From NCBI RefSeq assembly GCF_009914755.1, contig NC_060930.1: 64,000 nt of DNA; one strand, given 5' to 3'. Below, piece by piece: positions 1 through 14,065 of the stretch. The DNA comes from the human T2T-CHM13v2.0 reference genome, Homo sapiens. How positions within the stretch are numbered: position 1 is the stretch's first letter; every line of letters starts with the position of its first letter. The notes below the pieces were generated by a model. The model was given only the letters and a program-made list of their open reading frames with translations, was not told the origin of the DNA and ran no database searches. Position numbers and translations under genes: made by a program.

Positions 1-399
1 ATTCTGTACTTGGAAGTCCAACATGGGTCTCAAGGAGCTAAAATCAAAGTGTCTTCAGGGCTACATTCCTTTCTGGGGCCTCTAGAGAGAATCCATCTCC
101 TTGTACTTTCTACCTTCTACAGGTTGCCACATAACTTGGCTCATAGCTTCTTCCTCTATCTTCAAAGCCAGTGCTGGCTGATTGCATCTCCCGCTGGCCA
201 CCAACAGAAAAAGTTCTCCAATTTTGAGGACTTCCGTGATTTTATTGGGCCCACCCAGATAATTCAGGGTCCTCTCTCCCGCTCGAGGTTCTTAATAAAA
301 CCACATCTGCAAATTCTCTTTTCCAGGTAAGGTAACATATTTACAGATTCTGGGGATTAGGACATGAATATTTTGGGGGACAATTATTCTGTATACCAC
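1..399 (-). mobile_element. MLT1-type MaLR LTR (MLT1B/C/D-like), cut by window edge
   Basis: Motifs ctaaaatcaaagtgtc and cacatctgcaaa...taaggtaacatat...ctggggattaggacatg; ends attattctgtataccaca. Confidence 0.75.
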
Positions 400-605
400 A
401 ACCAATATTCTCACTACTCTTCATCAGTAGACATTGTGTGAGCACTCTCTTATGCACAGTTTGTTTAGGCCTGCTCAGTGAAATTAAGTATTGCTCAAAA
501 TCCATGGCTCACAACCGTGTATCTTTTGGGCATTCTAATTTAAAAAATGCCCATTCACATTTGCAAAATTGTCAAGTTGTGTGACAACCTTAGTTGAGAA
601 TCTGC

Positions 606-682
606 TTTTTTCTCTCCTCCTCCTCTTTCTCATCCTCTTCCTTCTTCTCCCCTCTCTCCTCCTCTTCTTCCTTGTTCTTTTT
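606..682. repeat. CT-rich low-complexity polypyrimidine tract
   Basis: Degenerate (CCT/CTT)n run. Confidence 0.8.
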
Positions 683-957
683 TATGAATTTCTCTCCAGT
701 AACTCAAACATTTTATTATAATAATCAACATTTATTAAATATATTTTACTAAAGGAATAAATGTGTAAATAAATCAATGATGAAACTGAAGAAGTATAAC
801 AATTATAAAATTGCCTAGCGTCATGTTGAATTTGGCTGAAACAACTGTACACTAAATAAGTTACCATTATTCATTGGGTAATGTAGTATTATGAACTTAG
901 TGTGCAAGATTGCAAGATACATTAGAAGTGAGGAGATTACAAAAATGCTAATATAAT

Positions 958-1510
958 GTATTATCTGTAGCTGCATAATAAAAGATTCCAAAGTTTAGTG
1001 GCCTAAAACAACTGTAATCATTTATTTTGCCCAGAAATTTGTAATTTGGTTAGAGTTCAGCAGGTATGGCCTGCCTCTGCTCCACAGTTGTCACATGTGG
1101 TGGCTCTACTGGGGACTAGAGGATCCATTATCAAGATGACTCATTCACATTGCTGGAAAGTTGGTGCTGGCTGTTGGCTGGAAGCTTGGCTGGGTTTGCA
1201 GGTCAAGGTCTTGGTCTCTTTCATTATGGGCCTGCCTCCAGGCTGCTTTAATTTTTTCACAGCATAGTTTCAAAAGCAGGTATCCCAAACCAGCAACCTG
1301 GATATGTCTGGTATTTTTATGATCTAACCTTGGAAGTCATTTTCACTGTATGTTCTTTGTTGAAGCTGTTATACAAGTCTGTTTGTGTTTAACGGGAGGA
1401 AAAGTAGACCTCACCTCTCAAGAGAAGAAGAGTCAAGATCACAGTATAAGAAGAACACATGAGATGGGAAATCTTGCTGCAGCCACTTTTGAAAAATACA
1501 ATCTGTCACA
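958..1510 (-). mobile_element. Old MLT1-type MaLR LTR (MLT1H-like)
   Basis: Starts tgtattatctgtagctgcataa...agtggcctaaaacaac; ends gcagccacttttgaaaaatacaatctgtcaca. Confidence 0.6.
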
Positions 1511-1994
1511 TACAGACATCCATATATGAAATAACAGGAGTTTAAATTAGAACAGGAGTTCTAATTTAAAAAATAACTGAAGTTTAAATGAGAAGAAAAA
1601 GGAAAAGGTGAATACAAGAAATGAGGACTCCAAAGTTTAGAGACTGTGCATACAGATAAAAAAACAGAACCCTGCAGGTCCAGAGAAATAGCTGATTATG
1701 GGGAAAATTTCATGAGTTTCAGTGTGCACATGTTGGGCTCTTGACCTCCACACACTTTTGCTCTCTTCCAGGCAAATAGTTTCTCTCTTTGATTTCTTTT
1801 CCTCCATCTCCATTCTTCAGATTTCCATTGCCCATGAAAAGAATCTTCTTGTGCATGATCACAAATTTATCATGAAAAGAATCCTCTGTTATTGTGAGTT
1901 TTAAGCCACTATACTACATGATTGATTTGGATCTTTATCCCTAATTAATTGGAATTAGTAGGGAATTTGTTTTTAAAGTCTATATGTAGTTAAC

Positions 1995-2195
1995 TAGGGT
2001 TGCGGCTTTAAAACTTCAACGTGTGTCAGAATGATCTAAAAGGTTTGTTAGAACACAGATCACTAGGCCATACTCTCCTCTTACAGTTTATGATCCCAAA
2101 AGTCTGAGATGTATCCCAGTAATGTCCCTTTCCAATAAGTGCCCAGGTGATGTTGACACTGCTGGTCTGGGGACTACACACTGACAAACTCTGAT
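1995..2195. mobile_element. MER5A-like hAT-Charlie DNA transposon
   Basis: tcagaat...gtttgttagaacacagat...cccaggtgatgttgacactgctggtctggggactacac. Confidence 0.65.
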
Positions 2196-3319
2196 CTGGG
2201 AGAATAAAACTTATTCGGAATTTTCTCAAAGTTGTTATGTCCATATAGCTCACATGCATTCATACATTTTGACCCAAATCAAAAAACAGGAAAGAATGCC
2301 TAGTATACCCATGCTCTTCACAGAGTTTTACAAATAGAATTTTTTTTTCGTTTTTGGAGGTAATACAATATAGATAAATGGAGATAGATTATCTTTTAAT
2401 CCTTCTTTTCTCACACACTGAGGCAGAGTTAGGCTTTCCACCTCAGTAAAACCTCCTTCCGTTAAATTGAATATTGAATAATTTCTGAGAGCTTAAGCTA
2501 GCAAACTAAACTAAAGTGGACAAAATTAACTGCCTGAAGTTGTCACCTTTTAAAGATGGGCAATCTTCATCTAAAAGCAGGAAGAATAGAAGTGGAAACC
2601 TAAGTTTTGCCTGAATGTTAACAATAGCAATATTCTAATAAAGCCAGCAAGTCAAATTAAAGATGATGTCCATTGGATAAAAGTGTACCAAGGATCCTAG
2701 AAGGAGGAGCCTCAACAAGCAAAAACTCAGTTGCTCTCACCAGTGCCCAGGACAGCAAGGTGCAGAACCTAGTGACAATGGAGATTCTAGTCATGGAGTG
2801 TTCTGACAGAAGCAGGAAAATAGGGACCTTTTTTGTCCACTGCTATTGGTCCAGCTCCAAGTAAAATGCTTGGCAATGAGGACATGACATTCAATCAATA
2901 TTAGTTGAATGCCTCACTCTACATGTCAATTTTTACATTGCTGCCCATACAGTCTCAAAAAGGGGTTGCTATACGGTGAGGATTACTATCTCAGAGACAA
3001 AACTCTGAGAAGTCCTTAGGATTCTATTCATTTTCTCTCTGCTCCTCCAAACATCCATTTTATATATCTTGTGAGACTAGATCAATTTCTTCTAAAAAAC
3101 AGGACGTTTCTAGGAGACACCCACAAGGTCACCCTTTCTCCACATTTTCCAATTAGATTTAAACAATCCAGTTTGAGTGAGCAAGGTGTCTTCTTCATGC
3201 TGAATTCAACTTTTCACCATAGAACATAGTGCCATGAAATAAACATACATTGATAATAGAATAATAGATATTAAAACTAAAAAAAGAACATAAAAATATC
3301 ATTCATCATAGCCTCCCCC

Positions 3320-3760
3320 AATTGAAACAAAAATCTATTGGATAAACAGTGACTTTTATGCAATGAAACACTGTACAGAAAGAAAAATAACAAACTCTAG
3401 CTACATACAACAACATAGATGACTCTTATAAACAAAATGAGGAATTAATGCAGCAAAACACAGAACAATACATGCCATGGTGCTCCATTTATATAAAGAA
3501 CAAACTTAGCATAACTATGTTGTTTATCGATGTTGAGGTCATAAAACTATAAAGCAAAGAAAGAAAACCATTACCAAAAAAGCTGGTTCCCTGGAGAGGA
3601 AAGTTCAAAGAAAGAGGAGCCTTAATTGGGAAGCGACACCAAAGTGAGAGTCAAAGTATGGATAGATGAATATGGGCTTCCCATGTGCTGGAAATAGTTC
3701 CCTGATCTGGGTGTTGGTTATGTGGATATCAACTCCATTACTCCTTAGTAAATGATATAT
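3320..3760 (+). mobile_element. Ancient L1M (L1MC/L1ME-like) 3' fragment
   Basis: ctagctacatacaacaacatagatga...ccatttatataaag, typical of old L1 3' UTRs. Confidence 0.55.
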
Positions 3761-3765
3761 AAAGA

Positions 3766-4314
3766 CAGTTGACTCTTGAACAACATGGGTTTTAACTGTG
3801 TAGTTCCACTTACGTGAGAATCTTTTTAAATGAAAGTTATAGTGCATATGCCTGGCTCTCTGGCCTCCCCTTCCAACTCCTTAACCTCTTCTGCTTCTGC
3901 CACCACTGGGACAGCAAACCAATCCTTCCTCTTTTTCCTCCTCCTCAGTCTACTCAATGTGAAGATGATGAAATTGAAGGTCTTTATGATGATCCAGTTC
4001 CACTAAATGGATACTAAATATATTTTATCTTCTTTATGATTTTCTTAAAAAACATTTTCCTTTCCCTAGCTTACTTCATTGTAATTATCTCTCTCTCTCT
4101 ATATATATATACAGACACACACACACACACACACACACACAGGCACACGCACACACATATAACATACAAAATATGTGTTAATCAACAATGTTTTTGGTAA
4201 AGCCTCTGGTCAACAGTAGGCTATTAATAAAGTTTTGGGAGGAGTCAAAGTTATATGTGAATTTTCGACTGGTAAGTCGGTGTCCTTACCCTTGTGTTGT
4301 TCAAGAGTCAACCG
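3766..4314 (+). mobile_element. Tigger2a/MER28-type TcMar-Tigger element containing a (CT)(TA)(CA) microsatellite at about 4088-4160
   Basis: Terminal inverted repeats CAGTTGACTCTTGAACAACA ... TGTTGTTCAAGAGTCAACCG. Confidence 0.8.
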
Positions 4315-7269
4315 CATATGTGAGTTATGAAACTTTCAGAGTCTGTATTTTACTAAAATGAATTTTTAAGAAAAATATTTTAAAAATTATGATGACTCAT
4401 AGTATGTTTTTAAACACTGAACTGAGGAGACGGCTGTTCTCTTGAAAACTAAGCGGGACAGCATTATTCAGTAATCACCACAGTGTCCTAATTCTTTTTA
4501 CACTTGTATATAGAGTTCTTGCGCATTTTGGCCTCTAGCTCAGTATTACCTAACAACTTAATTTTAAGCAAGTTTTTATATGATTTGAAAATACATTTGT
4601 CATCATGATAGTATTGCAAAGGATTAAAGAAACACTGGAGGTACTCTAAGCACATGTAGAGTTCACTATGACAAAATATTGGGTGACTCTCAAGTAAAAG
4701 AAATGTAATCCACCTTGAGGTTTGCTATTTAGCTTGTGTAAAACTCTATCGGGCAATTTTGCAAAGCACTCTCTTTCACTTTACCCATCAGAACTGCTTC
4801 CACCTGTGCCTCTCCTCAAATTATGCTGTCACTTTGCAACTCATTAGTTAGCTCAAGGACACAGAAAATAAGTCATCACCTTTCACTGATTTTTCTCAAG
4901 AGGGAAGTATGTCATTCCATTTAGTTTGTGAATCTTTTTGCCCTGTATTTCCCTGAGGTTATTGTCTTTTTTTTTCCCTTTCTATTATAGAATTATAAGT
5001 AGCAAATTGAGGCAAACAAATAACTGATTGGAGAAGCAAAATGACCTTCTCACCAATCCAAATCCCCTCTATTGACATAAAAAGAATCTTATATATAAAA
5101 TTGAAAGATAACTAAGCTTAGAGTTTCTCATAGTTGAGGATTTCAATCCCATCTCCTTTGAAGCTACCACTAGCATCTATACTCATCTTTATGTTCTTGT
5201 TAACTGTGGTGTAGTTTATCATCTCTGATAGGAAAATTTTGGGGGTGTTTATGGAGTCAAAATTATGGTGAGAGGTGCTACTGGGTACTAATTATTTTGC
5301 AATCTTTAGGGAAGATCGTTGCAACAAATTTTTCCACCCTGAATGCCAATAAAGTGTGTCTCCTTCAGCTTGGTTCACTGAACCCAAGATCACCATATTT
5401 ATTAATTTAGTTTAAGAAATCAAATACTTGTTTCTAAAATGAATTAACCTGGAATTTTTAGGATCTAGGGATGTTGTTAAAAACTTAATTCTTTGCTCTT
5501 TCTTCTGTGTTCCTGTCCTTTAATTTAGAAACATTCTTCAAATGTTAACATAAGTTCTCCTCCTTTATGTCAGTCCCTGACCAACCAAATCCATCCATTC
5601 TCCTAGCTTCTTAGATTTTCCCAATATTAATATCTCATCAGTTGATTTGCTTATTTGTTTTATATTGATTCATTCCCTAATAGCTTTATACATGTAAACA
5701 TTGTCTATTTTAAATTTGACAAGAAACCAAGAAACCTATCTCACAATTTTTGTATATAACTTTATACATACTTCTTTCAAGAAACTTTGAACTGGCAGCC
5801 CAGTGTCAGAGAGTTACATATACAATTATCTCATCATTTCTTGAGGACTAGATTTCTGTATATTTTACATTTCATCCTTAGAATTAAAACAGTACCTGGC
5901 AAAAGTAGATACCAAAAATATATACAAGTGATGTTTGTTAGGTGCATGCTTATCACTCAGGGGGTCAGACTTTTCATTCCTCTCCATCCACAGGTAAATG
6001 ACAGAGTGATAGGAAGAAGATAAAATACTATGTCTCAAAGCACCTGGGTATTGAGAGCTCACGTCCCTCAAAAACAGAGACCCATACCACGATAGTATAG
6101 CACATCATTCTAGCCAGACCAACAAGACACTTCAAATCCTGAGGGACTGGGCAGAAACTGAGCAGTGAAATCTGGTCTACTTAATTCAAGAGGTAGCCAA
6201 AATTTTCCGGAAACTGTCAGAACTATTATTTCTAATATAACTCTCAGTCACTATGAACAAAGGCCCTAGAGAATTCTGCTGACTTATTGCCTTAATCTAG
6301 TCATTACTGCTACCCTAAGTACTTTCTGCTCACATTTTCAGAGGCTTGGTCTATGGACCCTGTCATGCTTTTACAGCAACTCTTGACAAGACCACTGGCC
6401 TGACCACTAGTTCTCATAGTATTTAGAACAACTCTGCCAACAGATTTGGTTTTACTGTAGCAACTGATTCTTCTTTGTAAGCCAGAAGAAACTCGTTTAA
6501 TGATTACCTTTCTGACAGTTGGTATTTTTTTTTATTTCTTCATGAACTGGAAATGGTCTCTATACATACAAAGTAAGCTCAAAGTAGCGTATGTGGGGAT
6601 GGAAATCAGCAATAGAGGTTCAAATAATGGGAGAACACTCAGATGGGATGACAGGGAACTAGGAAACATAATAACTGTTAAAAACGAATCAGAAACATGA
6701 AACATCCAGCTTTTATAGTATTATAGCAACAGTGTGCCTGACCGAAAATTTAGTATTTAAATCAGGAATTTTACCCAATTTCTTGGCAAGGTAACTTGGT
6801 ATCCCAGTCATCCCAGGGCTACATCCCACAGACTACTAATTCTCACCTACTTCCTGTCTCTTTTTTTTTTTTTTGTCATTTCTGCATTGATCAAATGTAC
6901 TCTTGATCTCCTTACTCCTTGAAAAATCATTACACCTTCACAATAATGTCATGTGCACTGCGAATTACCAGTGTTAAGAATAGGACATTCTTTAGTTATA
7001 CTAAATTATTTTCAGCAAGTTTCAAAGTGAAATAATCATAAGATTTATGAACAATAATATGACATTCTTTACATCAAACACCATAAGGCACACCTTGGAG
7101 ATACCATGCAATAAAGCAAATAATTGCAAGAAAGCAAATCACACATTTTTTTTTCTGTATCCTAGTGTATATAAAAGTTATGTCTGCACTGTATTCTAGT
7201 CTATTAAATGTGCAATAACATTATGTCTTAAAAAGCAGTGTAAGACCTTAATTTAAAAATACTTTGTTG

Positions 7270-7549
7270 GTGGGGATGGTTAATGGGTACAGAAATATAG
7301 TTAGAAAGAATAATATCTAGCATTTGATAGCACAATAGTGACTACAGTCAACAGTAATTCATTGTACATTTAAAAATAACTAAAAGAGTATAACTGGACT
7401 GTTTCTAACACAAAGAAAGGATAAATGCTTGAGGTCATGGATACCCCGCTTATCCTGATGTGATTATTACTCATTGTATGCCTGTATAAAAATATTTCAT
7501 GCATCCCATAAATATATACACCTACTCTGAGCCAACAAGATTGAAAATA
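7270..7549 (+). mobile_element. 5'-truncated L1MA-type 3' end inserted in Tigger1
   Basis: ggggatggttaatgggtac...gataaatgcttgagg...aatatatacacctac; 15-bp TSD aaaaatactttgttg (7255-7269) / aaaaatactttattg (7550-7564). Confidence 0.85.
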
Positions 7550-7977
7550 AAAAATACTTTATTGCTAAAAAATACTAACAATCATGTGAGCCTTCAGTGA
7601 GTCATAATCTTTTTGCTAATTGAAGGTCTTGCCTTAATATTTATGGCTGCTGACTGATCAGGGTGATGGTTGCTAAAGGTTGGAGTGGCTGAAGCAATTA
7701 CTTAAAATAAGACAAGAGTGAAGTTGGCCACATCGATGGACTCCACATTTCATGAAAGATGTCTCTGTAGTATGTGACATTCACTGTTTGATAGGATTTT
7801 ACCCATAGGAGAATTTCTTTTGAAATCAGAGTTAATCCTCTTAAACCCAGCCATTGCTTTATCTTCTACTCTATGTTATATTCTAAATCCTTTGTAGTCA
7901 TTTCAACAAAGTTCACAGCATCTCCATTAAGAGTAGAGTAGCTTCCATCTCAAGAAACCACTCTCTTTGCTCATTCA

Positions 7978-8288
<311 letters not shown>

Positions 8289-8497
8289 GTCACTCTTCAT
8301 CCATTCAAGTTTAATCATGAGATTACAGCATCTTCAGCTTCCACTTCTAATTCTAGATCTCTTGCTGTTTCCACTGCATCTGCAGTTGCTTCCTCCACTG
8401 ATGTCTTGAGCCCCTCAAAGTCATCATGAGGGTTGGAATCAACTTTTTACATAATGGTGATATTTTGACCTCCTGCCATGAATCAAAAATATTTTTT

Positions 8498-8570
8498 ATT
8501 GTTCAATTCCCCATGTACCCTAGAACTTAAAGTATAATAATAACAATAAAAATAAAAAAATTTGTAATGT
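8498..8570 (+). mobile_element. Tiny L1PA 3'-end insertion with a 5' inverted piece
   Basis: catgtaccctagaacttaaagtataataa (8512-8540) plus A-rich tail is the L1PA terminus. The preceding attgttcaattccc is the reverse complement of L1 3' UTR gggaattgaacaat. Confidence 0.75.
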
Positions 8571-8696
8571 AAAAATTATATTTTTTAATGGCATCTAGAA
8601 TGGTGAATTCTTGAGAAAGTTGTCAATATAGTTTGCTTGGATCCATAAGAGGTATTTCTCCCTATGTCACCTATAGCCTTATAAAATGTTTTTTTT

Positions 8697-9022
<326 letters not shown>

Positions 9023-12000
9023 CACAAAATGTATTTCTTAAAAAATGTCTTGAAAATCAAAATTACTTCTTGAGCCATGAGCTGCAAAAATGATCTTCTG
9101 TTAGGCACGAAAACAACATTAATCTTTTTGTATATCACCATCAGAGCTCTTGGGTGACCAGGTGCATTGTCAATAAGCAGAAATACTTTGGAAGAATTTT
9201 TTTTTTGAGTAGTAAATCTCAACAGTGGGCTTAAAATATTCAGTAAACTATGTTGTAAACAGATGTGCTGTCATGCAGGCTTTATTATCTCATTGATAGA
9301 GCACAGGCAAAGTAAATTTATTGTAATTCTTTAGAGCCCTGGAATTGTCATAATGGTAAACCAGCATTGGCTTCAACTTGAAGTCACCAGCTGCATTATT
9401 CCCTAACAAGAGTCAGCCTAAACTTTGAAGCTTTGGAGCCAGGCATTGACTTCTCCTATCTAGCTCTGAAAGTCCTGGATGGCATCTTCTTCTAATAGAG
9501 GACTGTTTAGTCTACATTGAAAATGTGTTGTTTAGCGTAGCCACCTTCATCAATGATCTTAGCTAGATCTTCTGGATAACTTGCTGCAGCTTCTACATCA
9601 ATCCTTGCTGCTTCCACCTTGCACTTTTATGTTGTGGAGATGGCTTCTTTTCTTAAACCTCATGAACCAACCTCTGCTAGCTTCCAACTTTTCTTCTGCA
9701 GCTTCCTTACCTCTCCACATCTTCACAGAATTGAAGAGATTTAGGGCCTTGGTCTGGATTAGGCTTTGGCTGAAAGAGAATTCTGGCTGGTTGGATCTTC
9801 TATCCAGACCACTAAAACTTTCTCCACATCAGCAATAAGTTTGTTTCACTTTCTTATCATTCATGTGTTCAGTAGCACTTTTAATTTCCTTCAAGAACTT
9901 TTCCTTTGCATTCACAACTTGGCTGTTTGGTGCAAGAGGCCTAGCTTTCAGCCTATCTTGGCTTTTGGCATGCCTTCCTCAGTAAGCTTAATTATTTTCA
10001 GCTTTTGATTGAAAGTAAAGATATGCAACTCTTCCTTTCACTTGAATTCTTAGAGGCTGTTGTAGGTTATTAATTTTCCTAATCTCAATATTGTTGTGTC
10101 TCGGGGAACAGAAAAGCCTGAGGAGAAGGAGAGATAGTGGGAATGTCTAGTTGTTGGAGCAGTCAGAACACACATATTTATTGATGAAATTCACCATCTT
10201 ATATAGGGGCAGCTTGTGGTGACCTAAAACAATTACAATATTGATATCAAAGAACAATGGTCACAGATCACCGAAACAGACATACCAATAACGAAAACAT
10301 TTGAAATACTGTGAGAATTACCAAAATGTGACACAGAGACAGGAAATGAACGCATGCTGTTGGAAAAATGGTGGTGATAGCTTTATTCATTTTCTTTGAA
10401 AAATGCAATATCTGTGGCATGCAATAAAGCAAAGTGCAATAAAAAGAGACATGGCTGCAATTCAAATTGGAATCAAATGTTTTATAATCTGTCCAGTCTT
10501 TATTCTCACTGTTATTTTTTGCTCTTTTCTTTTTGTTTTGCAATGTAGCAGGGACCTTTTATCATTCATTTTTGTGTCCACATTGTCAGGCATTCAATTT
10601 GGTACGTAATAGGTATTAAAATATTGAATAAAACCAAACCTCTGGCATGACATACTGCTTCATAAATCTACATCTAGGATGATAATTAATACCATAGAAT
10701 CTAAAATTTTGTTATATTTCAGATGGAGGTAACTTGCCTTTTTCTAAATGCAATGCCTAATATTTCTGCAGATTTAAATTCACAAACTTGGCATTTTACT
10801 ATACTGTAGTAACTTTCAGATTTTACAGTACGCTTTTTCCCCTAGTCAATAATATATAGGTTAAATCAGAATAACCATGGGCAAAAATAATAGCTCCAGC
10901 AGTGAATGTCAGAGAAGTGCCACTTCATATCTCTTATTTTTGTCTTGACATTATATTAAATGTCTTCCTCAAACAGAAAATTCCCCTAATCACATGATAA
11001 TTTTATTTTCAAAGGTAACAGACAATTTTCCAAGGAAAGTTTGCTAAATATGTATTTTGAACGTCTGTATAAATGGAAACTGAATCTCTCACATCCACGA
11101 GCTCACTAATGCCCTAGACCATATTAAAACTAAGTTTGAAATACTAAGAGTTTTTCCTTCTTTTGTTTTTCTCAACACTTCAGTAACCTGTGTCAGGGAG
11201 GGGAGAATGATGCAGCAAATGCGTAGCAAAGATAAAACTGGTTTGTCACAATGAGTTCCAGCTTCATGCTGTCTAAATGAAACCAAGTTTCCCCTATAAA
11301 GAACAGGTTGCTCCATTTAAATTATCTTTGTTCTTATAGGTCAAAATATCATGTCTTTAACTTGTTTGGGTGAAAACCACATGCCCTAGCTTCTGGCACA
11401 GATAACAAATTAGAAAATATCTAAACCACATATATTTAAATGTAATATTTAAAGTACATTGTAAGTGAGATAGAGTCTGCAGTTTATGAGGAAACAGCTC
11501 ATTTACATACCAAAGAATCTCTCACAATTGTAAATTCTGTGTGTCTTTGACAGCTTCACTTCAGGCATGGAGATGTGGAGATGTTTGATGTTTAGAGAGC
11601 ATTAACTTGTATAGAGCAGAGCAAGACTTTATTCATTGCACATTTGCCAAGGATACTCTTTTTGGTTTCCTTTGAAGATAAAAATTACTATCTGTTTGGA
11701 CCAGGAAGTTCATCTGTCTCTGCATAACCCTCACTAGGGGTAATATATATTTACATGACAATCAAATAAGTATTCTCTGTAAAAAACCAAGCCTGTCATT
11801 CGTATTATCCAGGGCAGGTGGGAACTGGAGACAGCAAAAACTTAACCTTGACAAATCTTCCTAGAACTTTAAGTAAAATGGAGCCTGAACTCCGTAAAGT
11901 CGACATTATTGTATGATGTTAATGCATAGTTGCCAGATGAAGATTTTTCCCCTGCTTTGTTCTTTTTAAATATGTTACATTAGATAATATGTATTTTTTA

Positions 12001-13499
12001 AAAATACATTAAACATGTCCCCAACGGGTTTCTTTTTGTTTGAAAGAAGAAAAGAATAATGTTTTAATACTATCTTTAAGCTCCAACTAAGCATAACTAT
12101 AAAACCAAAAGCTTTACTGGAAAATCTTAACCATTTTCTTTTCAAATTGATATATTCAACACAAAGGTCAATGTAGATGATTTTAAAATTGCTTAGTTGC
12201 ACTGTTTTATGTTTCTCTCATATTAAATATTGTTAACTGATTAAAAATTAATGCCAACAGTATTGGAGGCCTTAAGTCTCTATGGATTCCTAAGCCTTTA
12301 GTATAATAACTGAATAGCCTCAATTCATTTTTGCATTGTAAAAGTAGCATGAATTTTAAATTACAGTCATAATGATAACCAAAAATAAATAGGAAAAAAA
12401 ATAAGAAACATTTAAGCTCATAAACGGAACATTTTCATGGATACTATGTGCTTATGGGGTGGGGAGAAAAATAGTTCCTATTACAAATAATAATAAAAAC
12501 TACAAGAAAAAGCTTCTTAACGGAACCTAACAAGGGCTGACACTACACAGCTATATTTTCTGCTCATTGTCACTGCAAATTTTGTATCATGGATGATTTG
12601 AACAATTTAAAAAACATAAACTTAATTTGCCAAATAGCATGATCTTGTAAAATTTTTAAAAATTCCTCTGGCCATATTATTTTTAATTAACCAAGTTCAT
12701 GACCCTTCTTTTGAGGCCCCATCCTCCCCAGACCAAGAGTGGTTGAGTAGTGGAGATAGTGCCTGAACCCCAATTTCTGACTTAAGTAAAACTCCATGCA
12801 CTTACTACTCTATCACACTCTCTTTTCTTAATGCTTCTTTCTCCCAGCTCTGCACTATATTTTCTCTCTGATTTTCAGTGAACTATACTCTCCTGGTTTT
12901 CACAATCTGCTTTTTTTTTTTTTTCTATTTTCCTAAAGTGAACTTGAGCAGTAAAGAATAACAAGAAGTTTCAGAGTCAGACTAATCAGGTTTATGTGAT
13001 ACCTGCCTTTCACAGTTTTTGTGATATTTCAAAGAGATAGTCATACAAAAGCTTCATACTTAATACCCTGTCAATAAATGCAATGTTCCAAGCCATAGCA
13101 CTTTTTAGAACTATTTTTTCTTGCATCATGTTGACTTCTTAGGCTTTCAAATTGTTCTCAGGTTTTCCCATGACCTATCTCAAAAACAAACTATTTCTAA
13201 TTAATGTCTCTAATTAATGTTACCAATAATATGAAACTAACCTCCAGATTCCCATATTATAATAGATATTAAAAATGATTACTTCCTTGTCTGCTTTTAC
13301 AAACATAAGTATATTTCCAGACTACTCTGCTTAATATGAGCATATTTGGTTTTCATTTCAGTAACAACAGACACTGTTCAATTTAGAGAGTAATTTGCAC
13401 TTACGAATAAATTTGGTGACCAGAGAATTCACTGACCCATATATGTTATGAAAATTAAATTCTTATTAAAAGATTTACTCTACTAACAACATCAACTCT

Positions 13500-14065
13500 G
13501 TTTTTTTTCTTAACTCTTTATTGTGAAGAAGCTTAAATAATCCCAAAAGTAGACAATATTATAATGAAACTTAATGTACCCATTATCAGCCTCAACATAA
13601 TCAACTAATGGCCAATCCTACCCCACCCACACCCCAACTACTTTCTTCTTGGGCATATTATTTAGAAGCAAATTTCAAATATCACATCACCTCCTTCATA
13701 AATATTTGAATGTGTATCTCCAAATAATAAGTAATTTTAAAAGACAACCACAATACGGTTATCCCACTAAAAATATAATTATTCATTAAGGTTATCTAAC
13801 ATCCAGAGTATATTAAATTTTCACTTGTTTCATCAGAATTTTTTAAGGTTGTTTGTTTGAATCATGATCCAACCATTCCATACATTGTGATGGGTTGCTA
13901 ACTTTTTACATTTCTTTTCATCTGTTCTCCAGATTTTCTTGTTCTTGTTCCCAGGAACTTATTTGAAGTAACTGGGTTGTTTGTACTGTAGAGGTTCCCA
14001 GAGCCTACTGCCTACTATGGTGTAGATTTTGGCATATTCCTCATCCCTCTATTTCTTAAAAATTG
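13500..14065 (-). mobile_element. Ancient L1MC-like 3' fragment
   Basis: ttttattgtgaa...caaaagtaga...ataatgaa...atgtacccat...tcaac pattern. Confidence 0.55.
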
